DNA of 64,000 nucleotides from the NCBI GenBank assembly GCA_951406725.2, contig OX597823.1, forward strand, positions 38,192,001-38,256,000. Reading direction: 5' to 3'. The DNA is from Octopus vulgaris. Lineage: Eukaryota. The notes under the pieces were generated by a model that saw only the letters and a list, made by a program, of their open reading frames with translations, was not told where the DNA came from and did not search any database. Below are positions 27,516-40,669 of this stretch, in pieces; the stretch's first letter is position 1; every line of letters starts with the position of its first letter. The position numbers and the translations under genes are program-made.

Positions 27516-28365
27516 AAAGAAATGGAGTTAAATGCAGGTGTTATTCAAATCTTTATACTTTCGACATATTTTGAAGAAAACATTGATATTATTCCAGAGG
27601 GAATAAAATGATGTAAAACAATGCGATCTTCTCATCAGGGGAAAAAAGAAACAATATACATCAACAAGCCATTTACACCAAATGTGATGACTGTGTATAT
27701 GATGACTGTGTATATGATGACGGGAACACTGGCAAGTTAATCTTAAAAATAAACCCTTAATAGATTTAATATCAAATGCAATTTAGAGAAAGAGAAGGAG
27801 GAGAAAGAAAGAAAATAGCAGAAATGTAGTGTGATAGATGAATAGGAATAAAGTTTAAAGGTGTGGAAATAGATATATTTAGTGGAAATGAAATATAAGA
27901 AGTCAGTTAAAGGTCAAATTTTATAGATTGGTAGATGGCTATAAGTAATTTCTACCAATCTATAAAATTCGACCTTTAACTATCTTCTTACATTTCATTT
28001 CCACTAAATATATCTATTTCCACACCTTTAAACTTTATTCCTATTCATTTATGACACTACATTTCTCCACTCTTAGTTTTCTGCTATTTTCTTTCTTTCT
28101 CCTCCTCTTTCTCTAAATTACATTTGACATTAAATCTATTAACAGTTTTTTAAAAAATAACTTGCCAGTGTTCCCTTCATTGTATATGCAGTCATCACAT
28201 TCGGTGAAAATGGCTTATTGATGTGTGTTGTTTCTTTTTTCCCTGATGAGAAGATCGCATTGTTTTACATCATTTTATTCCTTTTGGAATAATATCAATG
28301 TTTTCTTCAAAATATGTTGGAAGTATAAAGATTTAAATAACACCTGCATTTAACTCCATTTCTTT
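27516..28365. repeat. ~420-bp-arm palindrome carrying decayed HHR in each arm
   Basis: Arms 27516-27935 and 27951-28365 with a 15-nt loop. HHR-like ttcc-CTGATGA-gaaga...tcttc-AAAA-tatgtt-ggaa at 28239-28322, mirrored at ~27557-27643. Confidence 0.85.
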
Positions 28366-28459
28366 ATTTATCTGTTATACAAAAACATTTCACTAAACCC
28401 TGGAATTTCTGCCTTTATAAGTAGGCTGTAACATCCTTGGTACTTATGTGAATTTTTTG

Positions 28460-28870
28460 CTACCCTGGTTAGAAGACTGCTGTAGATTGTGGTACGTTGT
28501 ATTCAGTTCTCAAGCGTAAGCTCATGTGGAACTCAAATTCCCTCTTTGCATGTTTTCCCAATTTGCTTGAGATGTTCATGAATAGTTGAGCATGACACAT
28601 TAAATTTTTGCACCAAATCTCTGGCACTTTGACATTGTTCCAGTACAATAGTCTCATTCAAAAGGTCAGAGTGGGTTGTCTTCCAGAGTGAGGATTGTCA
28701 GATATGACACAATCACCATCTTTAAACCTTTTTAAAACTCAGATGACATGTACAAGCTTTCACTGCATCTGGATACACTTCACAAATGTTTTTCATTGCC
28801 TCTGTAATGGTATTTTTCTTTTGAAACTCATACAGTAAACAATGGAAAATATGTTGTTTGATAAAATTCT
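28460..28870 (-). mobile_element. mariner transposase N-terminal (HTH) remnant
   Basis: KQHIFHCLLYEFQKKNTITEAMKNICEVYPD...; DGDCVISDNPHSGR. Confidence 0.75.
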
Positions 28871-28886
28871 TATATATATATATATA

Positions 28887-30015
28887 TACTTTGATACTTT
28901 GATAGGTTTCGGCCATCATTGGCCCAGGCCATGTCTAACTTAATAGCACCACCTGGTGAAGTCTTTCAAGTTGAATTTGGGCACTATGGCCCACTCAAAT
29001 AGAGAGTTATTGTTTACAGAGACATATCCGGGTGTAGGGGGTTTATCCGGGATTTCTTGAAGGAATCTGTCCAAAGACTTCTTGAACCCTATAGGGTCAG
29101 TTTCTATTTTAATGTGTTTTGGTGTAATGTTAGAGAGCGGGGCCAATTGAGGTGAAATAATTGTGCCGTATTGTTGTTATGAGATGAGAGTGCGATTTTT
29201 GTTTTGGGCGGATGGCACGGGGCCCAAGCCTTGGATGTACCTTGAAGGTGATGCCAACATCATTTGGGCAATGCTGATGGAATATTTTCCACATCATGCA
29301 GATGATGTAGCGCTCACGACGACGTTGGAAAGAATAGAGTTTTAGCTTTTCTAGTCGACCCCAATAGTCGAGGCCTGTCATGCCATCTATCTTTTTTGTG
29401 ATTGCCCTTTGAGGTGCTTCAACTTTTATGATACCTTGTATTGTGTGGGGAGACCACAGTGGACAACAGTATTCAAGGTGGGGTCGGGCAAAAGTGGAGA
29501 AGAGAAGGATAATGGTGTGGATATCTCTCGACTGGAAAGTTCTGAGAATCCAGGAACACATTCTGCGGGCCATGTCAACTTTGGTGTTTATATGAGTGGC
29601 CCAGCTTATGTTGTTGTCCACAATTACTCCCAAGTCTCTGATGTTGTTGGACGCCGCGAGAGTTTCACCTGAAGGAAGGGAGTATGGGAGTTTCAGGGCA
29701 TCCTCTTTTCCAAAGTGGATTAGCTCAAATTTATCCTCGTTCAGCAGCATATTGTTTTTTTCTGCCCATTGGATAACAGCCAGTAGATCTGACTGAAGGC
29801 ATGTCCGGTCACTCGCCTCAATTATGACCTTCTGTAGCTTGGAGTCATCTGCAAAGATTTTTATGTTGCTGTGCTTGATGATGTCATTAATATCATTAAT
29901 GTAAATGATGAAAAGAAGTGGGCCCAGCACAGTGCCTTGCGGAACGCCACTACTGACTTTGGCTGGGCTTGATTTTACCCCTTCAACTACAACATGTTGA
30001 GATCTGTCTGTCAGG

Positions 30016-30017
<2 letters not shown>
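28887..30017 (-). mobile_element. CR1-group LINE, 5'-truncated, young
   Basis: About 296 open codons: SGVPQGTVLGPLLFIIYINDI, IFADDSKL, RDLGV, RPHLEYCCPLWSPH, LYSFQRRRER. One frameshift near 29135. 3' tail of 8-bp repeats (tatcaaag)2. TA tracts at both ends. Confidence 0.92.
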
Positions 30018-30052
<35 letters not shown>

Positions 30053-30053
<1 letters not shown>

Positions 30054-30129
30054 CAAAAACTGTCCGATGAATGGCAACGGGAAACTCAGAGTAACAGGTT
30101 TTGTTGAATTTTCTGCTGCTTTAAATAAA

Positions 30130-30130
<1 letters not shown>
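30053..30130 (+). ncRNA. Type I hammerhead-like motif forming an 80-bp island between (TA)n tracts
   Basis: ctgt-CCGATGA-atggcaacgg-GAAA-ctcagag-TA-acag (30060-30097). Stems I and III pair; the core has U4C and stem II is weak. Confidence 0.6.
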
Positions 30131-30221
<91 letters not shown>

Positions 30222-31614
30222 ATATATATACACATATTCTAGCATACATGCACTGAGCTTCTTTCAGTTTCTGTCTACCACATTCACTCACGTGGCTTTG
30301 ATTCACCTGGGGCTACAATAGATGCTCGCCCAGATGCCACATATTGAAACTGAACCTGAAACCAGGTATGGGAAGCAAATTTCTTAGCCAAACAGCCATC
30401 CCTCAATATCTATGATAACTGTATTGTCAAATTCTTTCATTGTAAGAGTGTTGGAAAGGCCGTTCTCTGGTGTGAGCAAAGTTCATGGTAGTCAGTAGGT
30501 TGAAAGAAAGTAGAGATCCAGCAAAGATTTCTTGGTGCTTGGACGTTTGTATGATAATCTTTTGTGAGGTAGGATCTTGAGAATTGTTTTATCTGGCAAG
30601 AAAGATATGAAAAGCTACAGTCAATCAAACATAGCCATCAAGAACTAAATGTATGCAAGTAAAAGGAGACAAACCACAAAAACTTGAGTTTATAGTTTTT
30701 AATTTCCCTAGCAAACATGAATTCACATTTATCTTCTGTTGCATATCTGAGATTAAGGCTTCATATTATGTAAGACATCATTAATGAAAATGGCCTGGTC
30801 TCTTAATCTAGTGCATATATTTACAAAGATAAACAGTATCCATCTTTTTTCACTTAAAAAACCCCACCATCAATATTAATCTTTTTAACAAATAAACATC
30901 CAAAATATGATAATTTCTCTTCAGATTGGTACAAAAGCAAAGATTTACTGAACTGTTGGTAGAATCAATTGAATCAATCACTGCATCTTATTGTAAATTA
31001 TTATTTTATTGATCTTAGAAGCAAGGAAGACAAAATCAAAAGATAGTGTGAGGTTAGAAATAAATTTCCTTTGTAAAGACATGCCAGAGTGAACTGACTG
31101 ACTAAATCCCCAGTTTATCCTTAAAGTGATCAACTTGATAGAAATACTGAGATAAGATAAGGTTGCTTGGAAATAGGTTGTTATGTAAGATAGCTTGAAG
31201 TGAGAATTATGATGAGGATGATGATGGTGGTGGTGGTGGTGGTGGTGGTGGTGATAATGATAGTAACAATTTCAATGACAATGACAATGCTACTGCTGCT
31301 GCTGCTACTACTGCTGCTACTGCTGATGCTACCACCACTGATGTTGATGATGATGACAGTTACAAAGAATAAATGAAAAACAGAAGACTGGTAAAAACTG
31401 TCAGGAATTACATTTGGGAATTTTTGTTCTATTACTTGTGGAAGAGGGAAACCCAAGAAGTCCTTGTGTTCGTGTTTGTCGTGCCATAATCACTTGACAA
31501 CCAGTGTTGGTTTGCATATGTCCTTGTAACTTAACAGTTCAACAAAAGAGAATAAGTACTAGATTTCAAAGTAATATAAGTACTGGGATTGATTCGTTTG
31601 ACTAAAACCTTCAT

Positions 31615-32760
31615 CATCATCATCATCATCATCATTTAGTGTCTGTTGTCCATGCTGGCATGGGCTAAATGGTTTGACCAGGGATGGTAAGCTGAGAGGC
31701 TGCACCAGACCCTAGTTTGATTTGGCATGGCTTCTATGGCTGCTAGAGTGTAATGGGTGCTTTTATGGGTATCAGTTTGCATGACACCAATATCTGCCTG
31801 GCTTGATAGGTCTGCTTCTCAAGCACAGCATATTGCCAGAGGTCTTGGTCATTTGCCATTGCCTCCGTGAGGCCCAGCACTCAGAAGGTGCTTTTTACGT
31901 ACCACTGGCACAGGTGCTATTTACCCAACACCAGCATTGGCCACATTGCCTCTATGAGGCCCAATACTTGAAAGGTGCTTTTTATGTGCTACCAGCATGG
32001 ATGCCAGTTAAGTGAGACTAACAACGACCACGGCTATGATTTCACTTGGCTTAATGGGTCTTCTCAAGCATAGCATATCGCCAAAGGTCTCAGTCACTAG
32101 TCATTGACTCCATGAGGCCCAACGCTTAAAGATCATGCTTCACCACCTTGTCCCATGCCTTCTTGGGTCTCCCTCTTCCACAGCTTCCTTCCACTAGTGG
32201 AGATCACCACTTCTTCACACAACTGTCCACATCCATATGCATCACCTGACTAAACCAATGCAGTCGTCTCTATTTTACACCACATCTGATGCCTGTTATG
32301 CCCAGCTTTTCTCTGTCGAACATACACACTGACAATACACATCCAGTGAAGCATGCTAGCCTAATTTCTTTCAAGCTTACACATGTCCTCAGCAGTTGCA
32401 GCCCATGTTTCACTGCTGTGTAACATGACTGTTTGCACACAGAGATCATACAAGCTGTCTTTCGCTCTGAGGGAGAGGCACTTTGTTACCAACAAGGTAG
32501 GGGTTCTCTGAACTTTACCAACCTATTCTTATTCTAGCAGCTCTGCTCTCAGAGATAACAGAAATTATCAACTACTTCTAGTTTTCCCCTTTGGAATTTG
32601 ATGGGACCTATGTTTTGCACGTTTTTAATGTTAATTGTACCTGTGCACCTACCACACACCAAAACTATTTTCCCTGTTAAGCTTCCTCTGATATTGCTGC
32701 ACCTCTTATGTATCCATAGCTTACACTGGGTACATCTTACGGAATTTCTACCTACGCCTT
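31615..32760 (-). mobile_element. RTE-type LINE 3' half with 3' UTR/tail
   Basis: GVGRNSVRCTQCKLWIHKRC...KLEVVDNFCYL, then C-terminal remnants and the ccatgccagcatggac...(GAT)n tail shared with many short copies. Confidence 0.85.
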
Positions 32761-32779
32761 TCCTTATATACGCATATGC

Positions 32780-32876
<97 letters not shown>

Positions 32877-32878
<2 letters not shown>

Positions 32879-33896
32879 CTATGAAGGTTCAATCTAAGGA
32901 CAGTTGGCCGGCGACCTACTTTGGAATATATCCATTGTTCTGCCAGTTGCGGGTTGATTAATTAGCTCTGGGTAGACCTGCGACCCCTTTCGGGTGGACT
33001 GAAGTTCGTTCTAAATACCCCTTGAAGAAGAGGAAGAAGAAAGTAGTGAGAAAGACAGAGTAAGGGATCTGAGAGCTGTCATGAGAGAGTGACAGCAACA
33101 GCGTCGATGAAGATAGGCAGATAGGGCTGAGAGCAGATAGAGAGAGTATTTGCAGTGCTAAGACAGATTGAGGGTGGTGAGAGAGCAAGAGGTTTTACAC
33201 AGTCGGTTTTTGGGAGTCAAGGCGAGCGGTTGGAATTTAGGCAGTCGGCAGTTGTGGAGTATTGGGACAGAGAGAGATATATACAGAGGAATAGGCGGCT
33301 GATAGAAAGGAAGTACAATATGAGGCGTTGGCTAATGTAAGGTACGTGAATTGTGTATTGATATGTGAAGAAAAAGAAGGAAAAGGAATTGATGTATCGA
33401 AATGTTGAAAAGAAATGAGACAGTAAAAAGGAATTTAATGAACAATGTGAATTGAGTAAAGGACTTGTTGATGTGTCGATTATCGAGTTGTGGTATTTAT
33501 GTTCAGAATTGTGTTGATACTTGTTACAAAAGAAAGTAGAAAAAGACTTTAAAGAACTGTGAACGTTATTTGTTTAATTGGATTTGAACATTGATTTGTA
33601 ACGTGAATTATTTGTGACATGAACATTGTATACCTGTTTCTTGCATGTGTTTTCTTTAATTGATGATGTTATTGAACTTGATGTGTTGTTACCGGACAGT
33701 TATATTGTATCTGCATGTTGTTAAATGCTTTGATCTGTGGTATACCTGTATGATGTATTGAGTTGTTACTTGCATGTCCTCTTTTAAATGTACCTGATAT
33801 GTATTTGATGTTGTAACGATTGATTGTCATAAACTAGTGTTAATGTAAGCCAATTGCCTTGCCTCTTTGTGTCTCTCTCGATTGCCTCTGTGCTGC

Positions 33897-33941
<45 letters not shown>

Positions 33942-34018
33942 ATCTCTCCTCTCCTTTCTGAGTTTCCGTGGCGAAAACATTCGCTGATCGCCTGAGCGAC
34001 GGCAGGTGGTCCGTAACA
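32877..34018. mobile_element. Solo LTR inserted in (TA)n
   Basis: TG...CA ends; imperfect terminal inverted match tgctatgaa / tccgtaaca; atat on both flanks; no coding potential; relatively CpG-rich. Confidence 0.7.
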
Positions 34019-34801
34019 ATATATATATATACTATTTTCATATTTTTATTACTTGCTCTAGCTGTTTTTTTATGAATATGATGAATCTTTATTAGAAATC
34101 AGTCTTTCTCTCTTTTTGGACCTATCAAAAAGTTTGAATTGTTCTCTTCTGAACTTACTTTTTCCCTATATATATATGTCAGTTTCTGCCTACCAAATCC
34201 ACTCACAAGGCTTTGGTCAGCCCAAGGCTATAGTAGAATACACTTGCCCAAGGTGAACCTAGAACCATGTGTTTGGGAAGCAAGCTTCTTACCATACAGC
34301 TATGCCTATGTTGTGCTACAGAAGATTCCTAATTATTATCTATGTTGTGTCTTGGATTGTGTTCCATTAAGTTATTTATATGTATACATTTAAATATAAA
34401 TAATATAAGTTAACAAGAATATATGAAAGCTCAAATAAATATTGGCATGGTCATTGATGTCTTCACACCCAACCTGCCAAATATTGTGAATTACCAATGG
34501 AGAATATATTACTAAACTGCTTGCTAACATGATGAGGTCATTGTGTAATTGCTAAACCTGCTCAGTCAGGAGGTGTTACTTCAATTATTGAAGATCATTT
34601 TATTGATAATTGGCAGTGTTGATGAATTTTCATGTCTTATGTTATTAAGTGATTACTGAGTGAACCAATGAGAGAGAGAGTGAGAGTATGTGTGTGTGTG
34701 AGAGAGAGAGAGAGAGACAGAGAGCTAGCTTCTCACAAATTCTTGACTTACTAGAAGTCACAGCTACTTTCTTTAATCAAGAAGGATACAGTATATCTAT
34801 C

Positions 34802-34882
<81 letters not shown>

Positions 34883-35112
34883 CAAAATTGCATTTGACCC
34901 TCTGGCTGACAACTTATGAAGAGTTGGTAGCCTTCTGTGTCTGTTTTCTGTTTATGCATTTATTATTTTTTTTACCTTATATATATATGTGTGCATGTAT
35001 ATAGGTTTGTGTGTGTGTGTAAATATATATATATAGGTGCAGGCATGGGTATGTTGTAAGAGGTTTGCTTCTCAGCCACATCATTCCCGGTTCAGTTTCC
35101 CTGCATGACACC

Positions 35113-35890
35113 CAACCTGGCTCCTTCCCCTACTCTCACCCATACTGTCACACCTGCCCCTACCTCTCCAACACCACTATCATCACCAGCATCCACCACT
35201 GCCCCTATCACATCACCAACTCTTTTATCTGCACCTACAGCAATGTCATCTACTACATCTACAGCTCTGTTTGTCCTTCCTTGTACATTGGTCAAATGGA
35301 ATGTCGTTTAGCTGATTAGTTCACTGAGCATCTCTGAGACATCGGACTTGGCAATGGGACCCCGGTCTCATGCCACTTCCATTCAACGGCTCATTTGCTA
35401 CAACATCTGTTTATGTTCAGACTGTCTTTGCACAAAGGTCACTCGGAATCCCACCATGCCATGAACAGGAATTAATATTCTCCCTTCATTCTTTTGTTCC
35501 TTATGACCTTAAATCACCACTCTGCTTCATCTAGCACCAACCCCACACATATTCCCACACACTTTCCACCTTTAAGTACCCCTTCCCTCCACCCCCACAC
35601 TTGTTCACTGCCTAACTCAATACCCTCACCACACACACCATTATATGAACACCCCTATGCACTGTTCAACTCAGTACCCTCACCATTATGCACACTCACA
35701 TGCACATACATTCACACATGTCTCACTCCACACACACCAGCACCCAATACCTCCCAACTCCTAACTCTCATCACCCCTATCCCACCTCGCACTTCCATGC
35801 ATTCCTCCAGAACACACAGTATTCACTCCTAAAAATACATGCAATGCATATGCACACAACATGCCTGAACACAGACGATATACACACTCA
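35113..35890 (+). mobile_element. Penelope-like (Neptune-type) GIY-YIG endonuclease remnant and C/A-rich 3' region
   Basis: PGSFPYSHPYCHTCPY...SFICTYSNVIYYIYSSVCPSLYIGQMECRLAD*FTEHL. Coding ends ~35534. Confidence 0.85.
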
Positions 35891-35919
35891 CACACAATAT
35901 CTATAGACACATACAACAT

Positions 35920-38585
35920 TTGCTATCTAGCCACAGTAGAAACAGAGAAGAGGTTTGCCAATGTCCTACAGCGTGAAGATCAGAGACTTCCAGATTATTC
36001 CAGATTGCTAGACAATGTGTCAGTGTGAATCGAGATAATGTGGGAGAGAAGTGTATGCATATGGATAACAGAATGCTTGCACTTAGTGATGTGAACAAGA
36101 AAGAAGCATGGAAAAGTTATTATGTGAGACTGTTGAATGTAGAGAATTCATGAGATAAAGGGAGTCTCTCTCTCTCATGTGAATATAGCAGAGGGGCTGG
36201 CTATACTAATGGACAGTAGTGTGGTAGATAGGGCAATTAAAAACATGAAAACTTGGAAAGCCAAATCACAATTCCATCCAGAATCACAACTGAGATGCTC
36301 AAAATATCTGGTAAGGTAGGATATAGGTTAGTCACATCATCATCATCGTTTAACGTCTGCTTTCCATGCTAGCATGGGTTGGACGATTTTGACTGAGGGC
36401 TGGCGAGCCAGATGGCTGCACCAGGCACCAATCTTGATCTGGCAGAGTTTCTACAGCTGGATGCCCTTCCTAACGCCAACCACTCCGAGAGTGTAGTGGG
36501 TGCTTTTTACGTGCCACTGGCATGGGGGCCAGTCAGGTGGTACTGGCAATGACCTCACACAAATCACCTGCATAGTTAGTCAGATCATTCAAGAAGGTGT
36601 AATACCCAGTGAATAGTGTAGCAGTATAATTGTTAGCTGCTATAAGGGTAAGGGTGATGCTTTAGATAGAAGCAATTATAGAGGCATCAATCTCCTGGAC
36701 CAGGTGATGAAAATTATGGAGAGAGTTATAGTCCAATTAATTAGGAGCAGAATTAGGCTAGACGAAATGCAGTTCAGCTTTGCCTGGGGAAGAAGCACTA
36801 CTGATGCTATTTTCATAGTCAGGCAACTGCAAGAGAAATACTTGGTTAAGAATAAGCCATTATACTTGGCATTCATTTGATCAAGAGAAAGCCATCTATA
36901 GAGTGCTCTGCTGTGTGATATGGTGGGCTCTGGGGAGGCTAGGAGGCTAGGGATAGATGAATGGCTGGTGAAAGCTGTATAGACCATGTGCAAAGACATT
37001 CAGTCATTAGTCCACTCCTCTTCATCATTGTCCTCTAGGCTATAACCTGGGAATTCAAGACTGGCAGCCCCTGGGAACTACTATATACTGATGATCTTGC
37101 CTTCATAGCAGATTCCATGTCAGAGCTAGATGAGAAATTCCAGATGGGGAAGCAAAATCTGGAATCTAAGGGCTTTGTGGTTAACTTAGCAAAGACTAAG
37201 GTTCTAGTAAGCAAAAAACTGACAGGACTCTACTCCTCTCAGGTAGGTGGCCCTGTTCGATTCGTAGGAAAAGTGTGGGCAGGAACTCCATTTGGTGTTC
37301 TCAGTATAAGCTATGGTTGCACAAGAGGTGCGGTGGATTAATATGAAGGTTATCAGATAGTTTTCATATGTGGAAGATGCATAGGATCCATAAAAACTTT
37401 AGAGTCTCAGGAAATTGATTCTCTCAAATGCCCTGGTGGCTCATTATAGGTAATAGATCATTTCTACAACCTAGGGGACCAAATTAGTAGTGGGAGAGGA
37501 TGCACAGAGGGTGTGATAACTAGAATGAGAATAGGATTGAAGAAATTCAGAGGCTGTTACCTTTGTTGGTCAGAGAAGGTTTCTCTCTTCGAGTGAAAGG
37601 AAGATTGTATGATGCATGTATACGGACAGTAATTCTACATGATAGTGAGATGTGGGCCCTGAATGCAGAGGGCAAGTGAAGTTTAGAAAGGAATGAGGCT
37701 AGTATGCTCTGCTGGATGTGTAATGTAACTGTACATGTTCAACAGAGTGCTAATGTTTTGAGAGAGCAGTTAGGTATAAGAAGAATTAGTTGCTGCATGC
37801 AAGAGAGAAAACTGAGCTGGTTTGGTCATGTGATGTAGATGGATGCGATGCTAACAGCTCCATAAAGAAGTGCCAACCTCTCGAGGAAATGGAAGACCCA
37901 GGAAGTCATAGTATGAAGTACCTCAGAACGACCTCAGAACGCTGAACCTTTCAGGTGAAATGACAAAGGACCAATATGCCTGGTGCCTTGCTGTATTCAA
38001 GAAGACCTATACCCTGCAACAGAAATGTTAAGTTTGGTCCCTCTGGTAGTCTTAACCTCCCAACCTCTAACTCATGGTAGTGCCACATAAAAGGACCCAA
38101 GCAGTGCCACGTAAAACCACCTGTACAGAACCATGTAAAACTGCCTATGTGGAGACACATAAAAGCACCGATGTGGTTCCATGTAAAAGCACTCAGCACA
38201 CTCTGAAAGGTGGTTGTCATTAGGAAGAGTATCCAACTATAGAAACCATGCCAAATGAAGGCAGTGAGCAGCCAGAAACGTTAGCACACCAGGTGAAATG
38301 CTTAGCGGTATTTCGCTGCCGTTACATTCTGAGTTCAAATTCCGCTGGGGTCAACTTTGCCTTTCATCCTTTTGGGATCGATAAATTAAGTCCCAGTTAC
38401 GCACTGGGGTCGATGTAATCGACTTAATCCCTTTGTCTGTCCTTGCTTGTCCCCTCTATGTTTAGCCCCTTGTGGGCAATGAAGAAATAAGAAACCATGC
38501 CAAATCAGACTGGAATTTGGTGCAGCTCCCCAGCTTGCTTGGTCTGCTCAAAGCATCCAATCCATGCCAGCATGGACAATGCTAT
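35920..38585 (+). mobile_element. Long decayed RTE-type LINE with nested SINEs
   Basis: NYRGINLLDQVMKIMERV; STTDAIFIVRQLQEKY; PWELLYTDDL; C-terminal remnants and 3' tail. Interrupted at ~36336-36560 and 38257-38489. Confidence 0.9.
38257..38489 (+). mobile_element. SINE family A with 16-bp target-site duplication
   Basis: agaaaccatgccaaat at 38241-38256 and 38490-38505. Confidence 0.9.
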
Positions 38586-39258
38586 ATAAATTAATGGTAA
38601 AATATCTCTTTACCTTCACCCATTTAGTACACTAGATAATGTAATTGCAATGCAATGAAAAAACACTTGTGTATTAATAATTGGGTATTCTACCAGCAGT
38701 ATATTGGATAGATATTATCCCTTGGTTGGATTCACAACCTCTAACTTTCTTGGAGTTATATATATAATATATACATATATCCGAAATGTACAGTATTATA
38801 TATCCATCATGGCTGATCTTACCAATCAGTTTTGCGCAAGAAATACAATGGAGTGTCAGGTAACAATTTGATTATATAACTTTATACTCACCAAAGTTAG
38901 CTGATATGGAAGGTAATATCATTGTCATGTAATGACTGTCTTCCATGTTGACATGGGTTAGATGGTTTGAAAGGGACTGGTAAGCCAGAGGGCTGCCCCA
39001 AGCTCTACTGTCTGCTTTGGTATGGATTTTAAGGCTGGATACTCTTCCTAATGCCATCTATGATCATGTCTTTGTATTTTTCCCCCTGCCATCCCATGAC
39101 TTGGTAGTTTTGCAAAAGAGACCAATAGAATAAGTACCAGGCTTTTAAAAAATCAGTACTGGGGTTAATTCATTCAAAGGAAAAATGCTTCTATGAGGTG
39201 TTCCAGTATGGCTGTCATCTAATGATTGAAACAAAAAAAAGAAAGATGTATATGTATG

Positions 39259-39290
<32 letters not shown>

Positions 39291-40581
39291 TGTATGTATG
39301 TATGTATGTATGTATGTATGTATGTATGTATGTATGTATGTATGTATGTATGTATGTATGTATGTATGTATGTATGGATGGATGTGTGTGTATGTATGTA
39401 TATGTATGTATGTACCTATATGTATGTATGTATGTGTGTGTATGTATGTATATGTATGTGCATAGATATGCATATGTATATGCTTACACATGCATGCATA
39501 ACATATGTATGTATTGCTAGTGCCACTAGACTGGCTCCTGTGCAGGTGGCACATAAAAAAGCACCATTTGAGTGTGGTCACTGCCAGTATCGCCTGACTG
39601 GCCCTCGTGCCGGTGGCATGTAAAACCACCCACTACACTCTTGGAGTGGCTGGCATTAGGAAGGGCATCCAGCTGTAGAAACTCTACCAAATCAGATTGG
39701 AGCCTGGTGCAGCCATCTGGTTCGCCAGTCCCCAGTTAAATCGTCCAACCCATGCTATCATGGAAAGCAGACGTTAAACAATGATGATAATGATTTCCCT
39801 TTTGCTTTGTTTCTCTTCCTTTGTTTTGTTTGTGTTTTCTTTTTGTTTGTAAAATGCTAAAAATAGTATTTCAGTATAGGAATACAAAGTGAAAAATAAA
39901 AATCTGATCTAACTGTGCTTTTTATTTTACACATACAAGGAGATGCATATGCCACTATTGCAGAATGATGTTAATTGATGCAATATTGTTTATATATAAC
40001 TTACAGCAATGAACAGCTGGTAATGACATGTTGAAACAACTGTAGTGATATATGTAATAAAGAATGTTCAATCCATTTTGTCTTATTAATATTTTTGTAT
40101 GTTTATAAGGTGGTGTGCTGGCAAAATGCTGAGCAGCATTTTGTCTGTCTTTACATCCTGAGTTCAAATTCTGCTGAGGTTGACCTTGCCTTTCATCCTT
40201 TTGTGATTGATAAAATAAGTACCAGTTGAACACTGATGCTGATCTAACTATCTAAACCCTACTCTGAAATTGCTGGCCTTGTGCCAAAAATTGAAACAAA
40301 TTGAGCAGCGAGCTGGCAGAATTGTTATCATGCCAGGCAAAATGGGGAGTAACATTTCATCTGTCATCTTGTTCTGAGTTCAAATTCAAGGTCGACTTTG
40401 CCTTTCATCCTCTCAAGATTGATAAAATAAGTACTAGCTGAGCTCTGAGGTTGATGTAGTTGACTTACTCACTCCTCCAAACTTGCTGGCCTTGTGCCAA
40501 AATTTTGTATGTATATATTTTTATATGTGTGTGTATATATATATACATATATAGGAAAAAAGCAACAAGAATGGATTAAAA

Positions 40582-40669
40582 TCTCGGTACGATCGTTTCG
40601 TACGAGGACATCTTTAATAAGCTACAAAAAATGCAGTGAATACAGATGGCTCGTACTCGTCAGCCGAAA
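40582..40669 (-). ncRNA. Type I hammerhead ribozyme (mirror copy)
   Basis: Reverse complement of 41372-41459. Confidence 0.88.

Noticed and set aside
38075-38200. Regularly spaced gtgccac.taaaagcacc repeats resembling a CRISPR array
   Set aside because: They are short degenerate tandem units in an RTE 3' UTR, in a eukaryotic context with no cas genes.
39198-39629. YVCM/HTYI/YI-repeat ORFs here and throughout the window
   Set aside because: They are translations of (TATG)n, (TA)n and (CA)n microsatellites.
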